Shown: positions 1 through 15,924, numbered from the stretch's first letter. The stretch: DNA of 64,000 bases from Chrysomallon squamiferum (GCA_012295275.1 CM022671.1:16492001-16556000), one strand, 5' to 3'. Notes: generated by a model not told the origin, from the sequence alone. Numbers and translations are program-made.

Positions 1-425
1 ACACATACATGCATACATACATACATACATACATACATATACACATACATACATACAAACATATACACAGACATACAAACAATACATTATATACACATAC
101 ATGCATACATACATACATACATACATACATATACACAGACATACATACAAACATATACACAGACATACAAACAATACATTATATACACATACATGCATAC
201 ATACATACGTACATACATGCAAACATATACACATATATACAAACAATACATTATATACACATACATGCATGCATACATACATACAAACATACAAACATAC
301 AAACATATACACAGACATACAAACAATACATTATATACACATACATGCATACATACATACGTACATACATGCAAACATATACACATATATACAAACAATA
401 CATTATATACACATACATACATGTA
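1..425. repeat. Higher-order minisatellite built on (ACAT)n
   Basis: The core ACAAACAATACATTATATACACATACAT recurs five times at about 70-90 bp spacing. Confidence 0.9.
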
Positions 426-1022
426 TCACACAGCAATACAAACACGTACATTACACGTATACATAAATACATGCATTCGTACGTACAAGCACATATATAC
501 AAGTACATAATACTGTGTACATCCGTACATTCATACATATACACATACACGTATGGATGCACTCGGACACACATTCTTACATATAAGATACACGCAGAGA
601 ATCAGTATTTTTCGGTTAGTCCGAAGAAGGAAATTAAAAAAATAATAATAATAATAATAAAATAAAATAAAATAAAATAACGCTTTGTTAACAAGTATTT
701 TATTTTATGTTGTTTTTTTTTTTTTTTTTTTTTTAGTTAATGAATTATTAATAATCTCCAAGAAATCATTTTTTCTTTATATAGCAGTTTATTATGACTG
801 CCTTTGGTAGTGTTTGCGGGGTAACGCATGTAAACATGAGTGAGAAATCCGCTTAAATACGACAACAGAAGAAAATAGTCTCCTTGCGGTTTACGTTTTT
901 TGTTGGTTTTGTTCGTTTTTGTTTTTTTTAATTTAGTTTGTTTCAGTCATTTCAGTTATGTTAATTTATATTTAGTATTTGGTGTCTTTATTATATGCTT
1001 CTTGTTAACAGCCAGTTTTATA

Positions 1023-1105
<83 letters not shown>

Positions 1106-1234
1106 CAGTAGTAGTATTGTTATTATACTATTATTTCTTTGTTTATATTTTTCTGTATTTCCTTTCACTCGTAACTTGTCTGAATCATCCTATAATATCC
1201 ACTGGAACAAATACATTCTTAACGTTTTGCAATG

Positions 1235-1267
<33 letters not shown>

Positions 1268-1441
1268 ATATATATCAAAGGTGTATATTGTGTTCTAGAA
1301 GAGTGCTGTAAATCCAGCAAATATGGCAAAAATATTTATAAATATTAGGCTCACTCAAAAATATAATAATGGGCGATAGTGTGAAACTAATTTTTCTGAA
1401 ATTTCAATATATTTATGTGTGTGTGTGTGTGTGTATGTATA

Positions 1442-1473
<32 letters not shown>

Positions 1474-2627
1474 GTATTATATATTTATATATATATATAT
1501 TGGCATTTGTTCCTAGACCGCACTGTATAGTTCCTCTCTAGTTGCATCATGCATTCTACTAGCACATATGATTATATATCTGTAGTCTAGAATATAGATA
1601 TATATTATACTTTAACTGATTATTTAGTAATAATAATGCAATCAATTATTTTGAAAACGTGAGAAAAACGTGTTGTTGTTGTTGTTTTTTTGTTAGTTTT
1701 TTTCAAAACCTGTTCCCTGTTAATCAATACGGATAAGAGGAAAAGTGTTCTTTAAAACTGCCTGTCAGATGTTTTTTCATTATTATTATTATTATTATTT
1801 ATTAGTATTGGGTTTTTTTCATTATTTTTAATTCTAAAATATCTGTTAACGCCAACCTACATAAATATTCTTTAAACGATCATCAATTCTGATCTGAATA
1901 AAGAAAAGTTTATTTAATCATGATCATCATTGTCATTATCCTCTTCCTCCTCATCATTTATATATTAATGACTTTTTATTAATTATTTATTTTATTTCAT
2001 TTTACTTTTTTATTTTTATTTTTTTTTTTTTTTTTAAAGGATGTATGCCAAATTATCCTCATTAACTGAAATCCAGAACACTCGATAACAATTAATATGT
2101 TTACTTTGAAACTTTCAAAGTACAGTTAAGACATTAAACAGTGAAACATCAGAGGAGAAAAATAATTAATTTCATTTTTATCACGTCTACATCTGAACCA
2201 ACAGTCTCTCTCTAACTACTGCAGTGCGCCGAGGTAGAAGAAACGGCGTTTGACGTCTGCTCATTAATAACATTTAAGAAGCTCTCGTTCGGTCTCGTGC
2301 GGTCTGCCGTCTGCTTAACAACGCTACTTACCCGGTAGTCGGGTTTGTTCACACGTTGCTTTTCGCCCGGCGGCGGCGTAGTAATATTGCGTTAGCTAGC
2401 CCCAAGGATGTTTTGGTTTGTAATCATCTTAATAAGATAATAGCCCCAGAGGAAGCGATTTATTTAATCGCATTACGGTGTTCACAGAAACTAAAAAGTA
2501 AACGAAATTACAGACAGACGAACAGGCAGACAGACACAGACAGATATTTTGTATCGGCTTATGCATGTTATAATAAATTGTAATTTAAAATAATTATAGT
2601 ATAACGAAGTGTTTGAACTCTCGAGTG

Positions 2628-2668
<41 letters not shown>

Positions 2669-2890
2669 TGTGTGCCTTAGTATAGTACATAGGTACTCAT
2701 TTATGGATAATAAATATTAAAATGGTCTTGTTATTGTCTGGGAAGACTGATTTAATATTATAATTGAGAACACCGATATCTTACAATAAAATAATCAAAT
2801 TTAAGTTTGTCCACGGAATATGTTCCCTTGTATTACAATATACATAGATCAAACAAGTTTGAATATTTCAATACGTTGTTTGAAAAACAC

Positions 2891-3016
<126 letters not shown>

Positions 3017-3702
3017 CCACTTAAATCTTTATGTAGAAAACAAACTCCTCTTTACTTCTTTAGTTCAGGACCAGCTAAGAATATATAGCTCTTTTTTTTT
3101 GTTGTAATCTTTCCCCGTTAAACTGAAACAGAAATATCGTATTAATTCTCAGAACTTTGGTGGGTCTCAGAAGACGTCAGAGCAGTCGAATATGGAAATC
3201 GAAAAATGAAAACTATTCTTCAGTTGCAGGACACATAATGATCTCTGTCCAGAAATTAATGAAACTTAAAATTAAATACACTCTTTAGGGGATATTAGTA
3301 TAATTATTGCCATTTGTTATCATCATCATTATAATCATCATCATAATTATTAGTATTATCATTATTTTTGTATTGCTGTAGTTATTCGTCTGTTTGTTTG
3401 TTTGTTTGTTTTTGTTTTCTGTCTTCGTTATTGTTGTTGTTTTAGTTATTGTTATTACTACTATCGGTACTAATACTGTTGTTGTTGTTATTATTCATTA
3501 CTGTTTTTATTATCATCATCATCATCATTATTATTATTTACTACAGTCATATATAAATATTGCTGAAATAATAACTGTGATGTGTTGTTAAATATTTATG
3601 TTATCGATCGTTTACCGTAAACGTATTATTTTGAAATGTATACGTCACTTGAAAGATAAACAATACTATAAGGATTTATTGTTGTTTTCAGTTGATAGTT
3701 CA

Positions 3703-3733
<31 letters not shown>

Positions 3734-5905
3734 AGATATAGATATAGATATAGATATAGATATAAGATATGTAAGATATTTGTAGTTGAGTTTTTGCTTT
3801 CTGTTTCTATTGATGTATGTATATTGTAATACATGTTCCGTGGAAAAAGTAAAATTTTATTATTTTACTGTAAGATAATGGAGATATCACTTGTATAATT
3901 CACAGTCTCTACAGAAAATAAAAAGTTAGTTTTAAATGTATCATTCGTTTGTATTGTAACTTTCATATTTAGTGTTTTCATATTAGGAAAATTTTAAAAT
4001 ATTATTCTATTTATTTTAAAAAATTGATGGAATAATCAATACAGATTAACCAAAAATGTTTCTTTTTTTCCCTATATTTGAAACTTTTTAATTCACTTAT
4101 ACATTAGATTTTTCAATGTCTGACGCTAGCGAACATAAATATTATCCTGCACATTAACAGAATTTTGTGTTCACCATGGGAAAATGCAATAAAGCATCTC
4201 TGATATTTAGTTCCGTGACACTGCTAGCTACATCTGAATGACTTCACTATCAACTGCTAAGTGAACGTCTGATGTATGAGGTTCTTCAGTAACCATAAAA
4301 GTATTAACACACACACACGAACGCACAGAGAGAGGAGAGAGAGTCGTCAAAATCATAAACAGTTCAACTTAAATGTGATCGCAATCAATGAATATTTGTA
4401 CAGTCACAAAATTAAAGATTCTTTTATTCCGAAAAATTGTAGATTAATATTCCTAATCATAATTATTTCCTGAAACCTTGTTAATATTTTAACGAACCAA
4501 TAGTAAATGTCACAAATTCGTACTTAATAAAAATTCGTAGAAAATAAAAATAATAAAGTTATACATTAAAATAACAACGATCCTAACAGACAAATAAGGA
4601 CGAGCCGTGGAAGTTAATTAGCGATTAAATGTTTGTGAAATCCAATGTATTCGTAACTGTATTTCCTGACGTAAACAAATGTAATTAAACCAATTTCACG
4701 TTCATGAAACGTACACAATCAAGCATTTCCTCCGCATCAAGGCCGCAGACCCACAGGGAATCAAACTGATTCGTTTGCCCCTTACACAACGATTCCTTTG
4801 ACGGGTTCAATTTTCGCAGCGGAAAAAGCCGAAGTTTCCTCGTAGGTACATCCGCCATATTTTCCAAGATTTGTAACAGTTAATTTCCGGTCACTAAGTA
4901 TTTCGACAAACAGTGTATCTAGCTGGGGTCGGCGGTTATGGAGGATGATTAAAATAACACGCAGTAATGCACTGCCCGTTGTTCCATAATCTCCAGCTCT
5001 GTTACAAATGTCTCTGCGTTTATGGCGTTCATTTACAGCGGTCGTCTGACGTGATGAATTAGTCTATAATCATCTGGTACGCGTTCGTTTCCAGGAGCAG
5101 GCCACGCTATCAGAAAAAAAGGTGGAGGCGCTGTCACAGTATAGAGAATATAAAATTCGATATGAAATGAGTTTCGTTTTACATATGACAACAGTCGAGA
5201 CAGGAAAGAAAAAAAAAGAAAAAGAAAACAATTTTTATAATTAGGCACGCGATGATAGTTTCCCTGTCCAAGTAGTATTAGAGCGTATTTGTATCCCTGG
5301 ACGACATTTTTCGGTCCAATTAGTCGAGATTCTACAGTCGAGATGATCGGTATTGTTATTGTAGCGAATGTTTTAATGAAATGGAGACCAGCTAACCTTT
5401 TTCTTTTTTTTATGCCGTTTAGAGCACGACATGTCCATTCCAAAGATCAGACGATTCGATCAGAGCGAGCTCACTGAATATTAAACATCCCGTAATAAAA
5501 ATAAGTTTTCTCTTCTCAAAATCACTTCTATTTGATTTAATCCAGGGTTCACCTGCTTATTCAACCTCATTTTAATTTGCATCGGCGTGGCAGGCTTTTT
5601 TTTTACCGACATTAACTTAATCATTATAGTCATTCTAGTCCTTATTAGTATAGTAATGATCATCATTACTACGGGATCATCATTATCACTACGATTTTGT
5701 TGTTATTATTCTTGCTGTTAGTGGTGCCCGCAGCTTTCTAAAAGGAAGTAAACAGTTTGCTGTTGTTGTTGTTGTAATTGGGGGGTTAGTTGTTCATTTA
5801 ATTATTATTTTTAACAGTAACAGAAATCATTTTTTAATCTTGTATATAAATAATGAATAAAGTTTTGTTGTTGTTTTTGTTTTAATTTTGTAATAGTGTA
5901 TAAAT

Positions 5906-5944
<39 letters not shown>

Positions 5945-6549
5945 TTTTAATTTCTAAAATTTATTTATTTATTTATTTAATTTAGCATCTAAAACCAAAT
6001 TAAAAAGTATTGTTTTTCAGTAATGTTTTCTTTATCGTTGTCAGTAATCCCAGAACAAATTGCTCTACCCCGTAAGATCTGCATGGGCCCCAAAACGTTT
6101 TATTTTTTTTCATTTTCTCCTTCAAGCTTTTCCAGAAGGCCAGAATGTTTTCCTCTGGTTCTGGCAATGTGCAGATGTGAAAATGGCAGGTTTTATTGAC
6201 TTCCGAATTGTGTATAATTAAGTATTCTCATATTTTTCGTTACAATATCGTGTTTATCAGGTGATACATACGCCACTGAAATACAAACACAGTATAAAAC
6301 ACTTTCTAAACGATTACGTAATGTAAATTGATGCACTGAGCATTTATTCAGATGGTATCTGATAGTAAAACGATGGTAACGATCCATCATACTGTCTAAC
6401 TGTACTGGTTTGGGAATGCAAAACTATTTTTATAGGACGCTTTGAAATTCTAACCATTAATAATAAGAGGTTTAAATGACAGAACAAACATCGGAGTAAA
6501 CATCGGCGTGAATAAAGTGTCACAAACAAAAAAGAAGGTTGTTTATTGG

Positions 6550-6572
6550 TATTATTATTATTATTATTATTA

Positions 6573-6660
<88 letters not shown>

Positions 6661-6690
6661 TATTATTAGTAGTAGTAGTAGTAGTAGTAT
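6550..6690. repeat. (TTA)n(TAG)n compound microsatellite
   Basis: adjacent trinucleotide runs. Confidence 0.97.
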
Positions 6691-7833
6691 TTCTTTCCTT
6701 TTTCTTTTTCTTTATTACATATTTTTGTTTAGAGGTGGTTGTGTCTTTTATTTTTTTTATTTTAGTTTTTATTGTTGTTTTTTTTTCAAAACAAATTTCT
6801 CTCTCTGTTTTTGTTATTGTTGTTGTTGTTGTGTTGTTGTTGTGTTGTTGTTATAATTAAAAAGGGAAAAAAACTAACTATACATAAATCAAGTAAATGA
6901 GAACACAGAGGAAACAATTATAAAAAAAAATAATCAGTTGGGGATCAAGAAAATGGCTTCGTGGATCCAATGAAAATCAAAGATAATGGGTTCCGAATTG
7001 AATTTCTGGATCAATGGACTACGAAATGCAATTACGAAAATATAAAATATTTAAATTTAACGACATTACCAAAGTTAAAAGTAATATAATTAGAGGGGTT
7101 TATTTACGATTAGATTTTAGGGTTGTTATCTTTTTCTTTTTTTTTTTTGGCTTCTTTCTAATTCTTTCACACCATTTACCTGCATAAGTGGAAAACGACA
7201 TCTGTCATTAACAGAATAGAAAAAACGATGACAGATTTTATCAAGGTGCTACTGCGTACATTATTTTGATTAAGATGCCGCTTAGAGGACGGAGTTGGCC
7301 AAAAGGTACACAGACATATGTTCAAGAAAAAATTAAATATTTATTTATTTGTATTTTATTTAATTCATCTTAAAAATGTCTTTGTTATAAATGTTTAATA
7401 TTATTAATCGTATTATAATCCTTTCAAAATCAAATATAGACGTGTGTGTACGTAGGTATCTACGTATGTATGTGTCTGTGTGTATATACATACATATATA
7501 TATACATATATATATACACATATATATACTGTACATGTACATGTATTATGCCTATCTTTATGTATAGCATATATATATATATATATATATATGACTTTTT
7601 GTGATTTCACTTAGTATGCATGACAGTTTATACACATGTACCTTTGTGTATGAACCTATATATGTATGTAAACGTATCTATAAACGTGTGGGTGTGTAAT
7701 AAAATTGATCAATGTTAGACTGGCCATAAATCGAAACGAAAATCAACAGCAGAAAAAAAAAATTATGAAGGTTATGAAGAAACATTTACACCAACAACAA
7801 TAATAATGTAATTTTATTTCTTCTTCGACATTT

Positions 7834-7876
<43 letters not shown>

Positions 7877-9072
7877 TTATTTTATAAAGTGATAGATCTT
7901 TAATAAAAGCCCAATATTAGGATTACTTTAAATTTGTATTTTGACCTAGCTGTTTCCATCGTAATTGAAAATCGGTTTGCATCTTTATCAAAATATCCAT
8001 TTGTCTTAAAAAGTGATTGATCACACGATCGATTATCCTGTGGAGGAGGAATTAATTGTGTCACTTCCCTTGGTCTCAGCATTTATCACTGCGTGAAGTG
8101 TCCGTGGCAACAGAAACTTTATAGTCCTTTCAGAATACATTACTGATAGAAGCCAGCTATTATGCTATATAGGCTTTCTTACACTTTTATTGACTGAGAG
8201 ACAACACTTGACAAGCGAGGATTCAGTGCACGATACACAATGCGCACACTATAGTACTCTCTCTCTCTCTCTTTTAATAAGTGTATGTGTTTCTGAGCGC
8301 ACGCATGCACAAACAAACAAGCAGTTTTTCAAATGAACTGATCAAAATATTCTAAATTATAGATACGTTTACATACATATATGTCACTTTAGTGAGAAGG
8401 TATGTAAAAAAAAAATCCTTTGTTGCTAATTGATAAAGAAGCGCAGAATGTGGTCAGCACATATTTTTCTCTATTATCTATATCAGTTTTACAAAACACC
8501 ATGATTCTTATACTCGTTAGAATAAACATGTATTTAGTTGTTGTTAAGTGTTTGTTATTTTATATATACATTCGCTTATTAGATCAGATGTGAATTTCCT
8601 TGAACTACAAAACAAAATCGAAGTTGTAATCAGTGCTGTATGACACGTAGTCATATCTATTTATTTATTTATTCATTCATTCATTCATTTATTCATTCAT
8701 TTACTCACTTATATATTTGATTGTTTCTCGTCGTTATGTTATTTAAATTACTCATAGATATTCTAACAAGTTGCTAGTTAGTGATAGTTCACATTTTAAG
8801 CTCACCTTTTGTATGTTTCTTGTAGTTTATTGTCAGAAAATGTCTACATGCTCATCGAGTATTGAAGTGGATAATTTAATAGCGAATTGCTCCAGTGTTT
8901 CACTTAGTATGCATGGCAGTATTGATTTATTTCATCACTTGTTGACTTTTTCCACTTAACTACTTATATACGTGGTGCATATTATGTGCAAAAGTATTAT
9001 ATGTTAGTATCTTATCTATTCACAAATACGTTTTTCCAGTATAATCAAATGATAGCAATATGAGTTGAGTCG

Positions 9073-9133
<61 letters not shown>

Positions 9134-9341
9134 AAAACTAACTTCCGATGAACAGTTTTGCTCGTACCAAATATAAGCAAGAAAATATTTTTTACATAAA
9201 TCTTTCCACGGATACGAAAATGACATAATAATGGCAGATATTCATAATGAGAAGTTAATATTATAATTATGGTTTTGATCTTCTTTAAATAACACTGGAA
9301 TTATGTGTGTTAAGAAAAGATCACTCGTGCACACGTTGCAT

Positions 9342-9344
<3 letters not shown>

Positions 9345-9419
<75 letters not shown>
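9345..9419. repeat. (AG)n microsatellite
   Basis: pure dinucleotide run. Confidence 0.98.
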
Positions 9420-9424
<5 letters not shown>

Positions 9425-10039
9425 GGTCAAACAAACACAATGCAACGTTTAATTACTGAAGACATTCCTACTGTTCAATCATATACTTGAAGCAAATTGT
9501 GTATTTAATTCTGTAAACAAACAGCAAGAATGCCTGCGTTGTTTTCAATTACCCGCACGTTGACTCCAACAAAAGCCATCAGTCCGGTAACAATCTAATG
9601 ATTTCTATCAATCCATCATTTACATGCGCCGATCTGTCATTCAGTAGAAATTAATGTCAAGTAATTCATTTCTGTAAAATATCTGCAAAAACCTGACTTA
9701 ATGCATAACTCATTATGATAATTACACTTATTATTCCGTTTCTACGGGAAGATCCATGATTTAATCATTAGCAGTGTCAATGAAATTTTAAAAACGAAAT
9801 GACTTTCTTTGAAAATGTGAATGAAAACATCGGTGGCGCAAAGGTGTATGTCCCTTGAGAATTTCCAGTTTGTTAATTTCTAGTGTGTTTCTTAAGACAG
9901 CTGTACTACGATCAGTTTTCATTTCTTTCCTACAGTACTCAACACTTCCTCTTGTGTTTTTAATCAAACTGCTTTTTATACGAATATATCAGAAAACTTT
10001 ATCCTTCCTTTCAGACATTTTCTTTACTAATCTTTCTGA

Positions 10040-10150
10040 CCCTCTGCGCATGCGTGGCACTTTCGACTCTTCCGTTTTACGCACTTCCGTGTCAGCTTTA
10101 TTTGAGTTTAAAAGGGGCAAAGGAGCCGCCCCCTCAGTGCCAGCCCCACC
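10040..10150. promoter_or_regulatory. Cluster of promoter-type motifs
   Basis: NRF1-type TGCGCATGCG at 10045-10054, ETS-type CACTTCCG at 10082-10089 and GC-rich GCCGCCCCCT at about 10124. Confidence 0.35.
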
Positions 10151-11441
10151 AAAAAAAAGAAAAAAGACTCATAATTAAAAAGAAATAAAGTGATATTACT
10201 TGAACACTCTCGATACACACTAGTGCCCTCCAGGGGATTTTACAAACACAAAACAGTTGACGTCAATATGATGTCCTCAATACACGTCATCTGCTGTAAG
10301 GTACCAAAAAGAGATTAATATTAATAGCAAGTCGGCGCCGTATAGTTGTGTTTTATAATGCTTATACACCGTTTGAAAAAGGCCATCCAATTCAGTCTGC
10401 CAGCACAATCGTTATTACTCATAACAACAGCCGAAAGAATCGCGAACTAGCCAATTAATTTGTTCTACACTTCAGCGGTTCTGCCGTTCAGGAATGGCCT
10501 ACAGTTCTGACCATAAAAAAAAAAAAAAAAAAAAAATAGCTGGAAATTTGCGTATAATCCTGCCATATAATCCTGCGTAACATTCTGGCGATGTCGAAGC
10601 AAAGACAAACTTGTCGGATTCTGTTGTTCTTACTGTTTCTTTATTATCCATCTCATTTTGATTTTTATTTATTTATTATTATTATTACTTTTTGTTGTCT
10701 TCTTCTTTTCTTTTCTTTTTTTTTAATAAATAATTTTAAAAAGTCGATTAATGGACTTCTTTTTTCTACTTCTTCTTCTTTTTTTTTTTTTTTTTTTTTT
10801 AATAAAAATAATGATCAACGTAATAAGAAGAAAATGAAGATCATCATTATCTTCAGTACCTTCATCATCATCATCATCATCAGTATTTTATCGCATGTAC
10901 ATTCATATGAATGTCAGCATGTAAACGACCAAAACAATTACATATTTATCTCTGGTGTTTTGCAGTGCTATTTAACCCTTGTCTTTTATAGTCTAGAATA
11001 TATATTTTATTTTTAATTATTATTTTAATAATAATAATAATGGAATCAATTATTTTGAAAATTACAGAACATATACTCTCTCTCTCTCTCTCTCTCTCAA
11101 AAAAAAAAAGAAAAAAAAAGAAGACAACTAAAAGTAATAATAATAAATAAATAAATAATTTGTTACCTATAAGAAATAAAGTTTTCTTTAAAACTGCCTG
11201 TCAGATATTTTTACATTTTATATATATATATTTTTTGTTTTTCGTCATTTATTATTGTTACTTCTAAAATATCTGTTAACGTCAACATGCATAAATATTC
11301 TTTAAATTGTCATCCTATCTGATTTCAGTTTATTTAATATTTAATCATCATCACCATTATTATTATTATTAGGGGCTATATTTCACTGAGAATTGTGAAA
11401 AAAAAAAAAACAAAAAAAAAAAAAATAAATAAAAAAAAACC

Positions 11442-11482
<41 letters not shown>

Positions 11483-11986
11483 ATCTTATTAAGTGCATGT
11501 CATCATACTGGAGGTCATTGTGTATACTCTGCTGGAAAAACAAAAACAAACAGTGAATTCTGAGGCTAATGGAGATTTTGGCTGAGACCGGATCATTTCA
11601 AATGAAGTCTTCTAATGTCAATAAATAGCAAGTCATTGTAAGATAAACTATGTTTCCTGAAAAATGAACCGAACAACAGCACATAATCTAGTATTTTCCC
11701 ATTCATTTTGCCTGTTTGTATTACACTCCATTATAGTGGCTGGGGTATTGAAAACTAACAATTAGTCCTAATGGTATCACACACAAAAAATATATTATTA
11801 GTCTCTTTTTTTTTCTAACTGCAGTATGACAAAAGATTTTCACAACGTCTGCTTTTGGAATACTAATAGCCATTTCTGCGCTATGTCAGCTATTATCACG
11901 TAGTATCGAAATAACCTTACTTTTTTTCCTTCCTTTTTTTTTTAATTGTTGTTGTTATTGTTATTATTCCAGTATTACTGTTATTG

Positions 11987-12041
<55 letters not shown>

Positions 12042-12042
12042 T

Positions 12043-12073
<31 letters not shown>

Positions 12074-12559
12074 TTCATTTATTTATTGTTGTTGTTTTGT
12101 TGTGGGTTTCTTTTCACTTAGTGCATTTTAATTTTTGGCTCTGTCATTTATTATTTTTTCTTTTCTTCCATTCATTTCCATCTCAAACAGGGTTTTATTT
12201 TTAATTATATTTATTTATTTTATTTAAACTTTTCGCCAATAAAAACATATAGTTTCATTACAGCTTCATTAAAATAACAAAGAAATTAGTATTTCCGTTT
12301 ACCATTTTTATTTTTACTATCAACTATTTACAAAATCGTTAGCTTAATCCTAAACAATTAAGTATTTATTTATTTATTTAAAATATATTCAATTTTTTTA
12401 TTATCGTTTTCTTTTCTTTACTTCATAATAACTCTAATCCTTAAATATATGTAAAAACTGAAATTTTGAGCCTAGTCTTTTTACACTAATGGTCTTCAAT
12501 TAGCTCAATTATATTAACATTCATTATACTAAGAGCATCCTCTCTTTGCGGTTAAGCCC

Positions 12560-12770
12560 GATTAGATACTATATTATCCGAACGATGAACTGGTCAGTGT
12601 CCTTTCATAGGCTGTTTTGGTTAATTTATTGAGTGATACAAACTTTTTTCGTTTTTCTATAATACATATAGGCACCAGTACTACTATCGAGTACTAGTAC
12701 TGCGCTATTATTCTGAAAACCGAGAATTTCCGGTCTCAAACCTTTCGGATAAGAGATGTTAAACATTTAA
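12560..12770. mobile_element. Degenerate Tigger-like MITE related to 14787-15035
   Basis: The right end CCGAGAATTTCCGGTCTCAAACCTTTCGGATAAGAGATG resembles CTGAAACCCTTCCAGTCCCCCACATTTTGGATAAAGGATT. Left TTATCCGAA at about 12574 is the reverse complement of TTCGGATAA. Confidence 0.45.
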
Positions 12771-13711
12771 CTGCGATGAGTGATCAACTTCAATTCCAGG
12801 TAGTACTATTACTACTGCTACTTGGTGAGGAGACTCAGATTGGGGGATATATATTTTTTTATATTCTTAATGTCCGTTCTGTATCCATTTTATATCAGAA
12901 ACATTTAATGGCTAGCCTCTCACGTTTATAGCAATTAAAATGAACTCGTTTATTAGATATTAGGATAATGATTAAATAAGTCAGTATTTTTTCAGTTATC
13001 TGCCCGCAGTTAATAACAAATTGCATTTTTAGATTATAAATAGTTATCACGGAGGAATTTACAGCGTCTATCTCCTTCCTTTCTATAGCCTTACGGACCT
13101 TACTTTACACCTTGTTCATTGTTCCATCACTACTACTACTACTAGTACTATTACTACTAATAATACAAAATTGATTTAGTTACTGAATCGCGTAAATGCC
13201 TTAAGCACTTAACAATGCGAACATTAAAATAAAAGATTTACGGCAGTTACAGCTGGATTCTTGTAACCAAAATCGTTGGTGATTTACGTGCTCGTAACAA
13301 AGTGCTGCACGATCGAAATAAGATTAAACAGAAGGAAAAAAAGAAAACTGAAGAACATAAAAAAAAAAAATATTGCGTAGGTTTGTATAATATTTAAATA
13401 AAGCTTAAAATATTGGCTTTTATTTATTTTCTTCTATTTCGTTTTGGGATTAAGTAAGCCCTTCAGGGATCTTAGAGTGAGTCCATTTACAATTTTTCCA
13501 GATAGCAATTTTAGGCCATTAAAGAGATTATAATAATATTATAAAATGCTTTATTCTGTGAAGACCTTACCCAAAATATCTTAAGTAAATAAATAAATAA
13601 ATATTATATATATATAATTAGAAATTAATTCTCATTTAAGAAATTCATTATGTGTTACTTATTTACTTCACTGAGGTATGACAGGATTAATTATGACAAA
13701 TATATATGAAA

Positions 13712-13754
<43 letters not shown>

Positions 13755-14786
13755 TAAAATAATGATTTCTATTTTTCATTCAACATGAAAAAACATATTA
13801 GTTTTTAGACATTACCATTTATAATTTTAATATTTTTATTATCACCATCATCATCAATACCATCATACTGTCCATATTCATTTTTATTATTATTACAGAA
13901 TCTGCTATATGAGGTTAATTTCAGTTTCATCTTTAACAAAATAAATAAATAACTTAAAAAATAGAGTAATTCAAAAAAAAAAAAAAAATTGCATTAAGGA
14001 AAACATTTACATGATAAACTGGCTGCAATTTCCACATATATTAGTGTGTGAATTAACACAACAATAAATGAACTGGTTGACTTCACTTGTTAGAAAAAAT
14101 ATATAACATCATTCCTAATTGGCTTCCTACATTTATAATCAGCTGTTTGGTAATAATATCATAAGTTTTACATAATAATGACAATAAAGTAATCTGAGAT
14201 AATTAGGGAGATTCATTTGTTAGAAACCATGAATGTTCATTCATTTTCCTGATAAGCAAAAAAAAAAAAAATCACTTTTGTTCAATAGTATTTAAATCTT
14301 TTTTAAAATGAGCTTGAAAAATAAGTTATTTCCATTGATGTTTCATATTAACAACAGCTCTTTGTTAAGATTATCTTTAGGATTATGTTTATGTTTCTTT
14401 TTTTGTAGAACAAGAGATAAGATAACAACTAATTTTAACTTTATCTTCTTCTTTATGTAATTGCGTTATTGTTGCTGCAGTGCTCAGGAACTTTCATTCA
14501 AAGCTTCAAATGTTTAAAAAGAATGCATAAATAATTTCTAAAACTGTCATAAAATATTATTACAAAGTTTTGGAATATTTATGTATTTGCACTGTGTGTG
14601 TAATCTCTAAACGCTAAACGATGTCAAGTTTCTGCTCTTACAAATATTTGGTAATTAAGCAGTTTTACTCACTGGGTAGAGACACCCTTTCCTCAAGTAT
14701 TTTAATAATCACTTATTGTTTTATTAAAAATGAAGAAGAAATGAAATAAAAGAAGGAAAATAATTACATAAATATATGCATTTATG

Positions 14787-15035
14787 CAGGTCAAAAATCC
14801 TTTATCCAAAATTTGGAAATCCAAAACTTATTACGAGCAGCAGAAATAGTGATTGTTTTGCATTCATTAACTTTATTTTAAGCACAAAAATAATCAAAAT
14901 TACTGCAGACTGTTTGTATAAGCTCTATATATGAAATATATATGGGATTTGTATTTAGTCTTAGATCCTATATTATATTCCAAAATCTGAAACCCTTCCA
15001 GTCCCCCACATTTTGGATAAAGGATTCTCAGACTG
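14787..15035. mobile_element. Tigger-like MITE (ends resemble Tigger4/MER46-type elements)
   Basis: TIRs are CAGGTCAAAAATCCTTTATCCAAAAT and, as reverse complement, CAGTCTGAGAATCCTTTATCCAAAAT. TA on the right and TG on the left; 249 bp long. Confidence 0.8.
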
Positions 15036-15167
15036 TACTACTAACAAGACCATCAGATTTTACCAAATATTTCTGAGACTAAGTTAATACAGAAAAAAAA
15101 AAAAAAAAAAAATACAGCTTAAAAATAACAAAATTAATTCAATTTTGTTTTTACTATTTATTAGCAA

Positions 15168-15201
<34 letters not shown>

Positions 15202-15776
15202 TTGCCTTAACATAATAAAATATCCTTTGTATTATATACCTCAGTGAAATTCACTAATATTACCATACATGTAACCAAATTTTATTAACACCATAACAGT
15301 ACAAAACAGAATATACCCCATAAAACAAAAAAGTCTGGGCTGGACTATGTTTTGGAATTCTCAGGTCCACTGAAGTAATATAACAGAATACATCCTCCTG
15401 GAAATAACTTAGAACTGTTCCTCATTTAAAAGTCTTTCAGTTTCTTCTTAAATCCCAGTTACACCGAAGTAACATAACAGAAATATTTAGAACGAAAAAT
15501 GAAAAGTTGTTTAAACAGTTGGAATATTCAGCGTTATCCCCATGAAATAAATTGCATGGATTGTCAATTAATTAATTTAAACAGTTTATTACTGTTCTTC
15601 ATTCAGCTTAAGAGTGTAAATCCATTCAGGAATTCATGTTGTGCTGTTGTGACAGTCTGCGATACTGATACTGTCTTCGTATTATGCTCACAGTTATTAT
15701 TTTGCGAGTTGACATTCACAGAAACTGTGAAGTAGATGTTGGTCTCGTGTTGTTGTTAGAGTGCTGAACAGTTCAC

Positions 15777-15924
15777 CTATGAAAGTAATTTAACCACTTG
15801 ACTTGGAGTTCTTGGCACAATGCTCTGAGGTTCAGTGTATCCACTTGTTGGCTGGTGAATTGCTTGATATATCTGTTGATAAGCTTCACAAATGAGTTCA
15901 ACTGAGCGAGTTTTTACATTCTCC
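15777..15924 (-). CDS. COG6: COG6 exon 19 (terminal)
   Basis: ttcag|[51 protein letters not shown] stop. Confidence 0.93.

Noticed and set aside
9-665. 218-aa His/Thr/Tyr/Ile-rich ORF and overlapping ORFs
   Set aside because: They are translations of an (ACAT)n-based minisatellite, open in many frames on both strands.
4685-4867. Short minus-strand ORF starting ATGGCGG (MADVPTRKLRLF...)
   Set aside because: No recognisable homology and no good donor. CCGCCAT is equally a YY1-type motif in a non-coding island.
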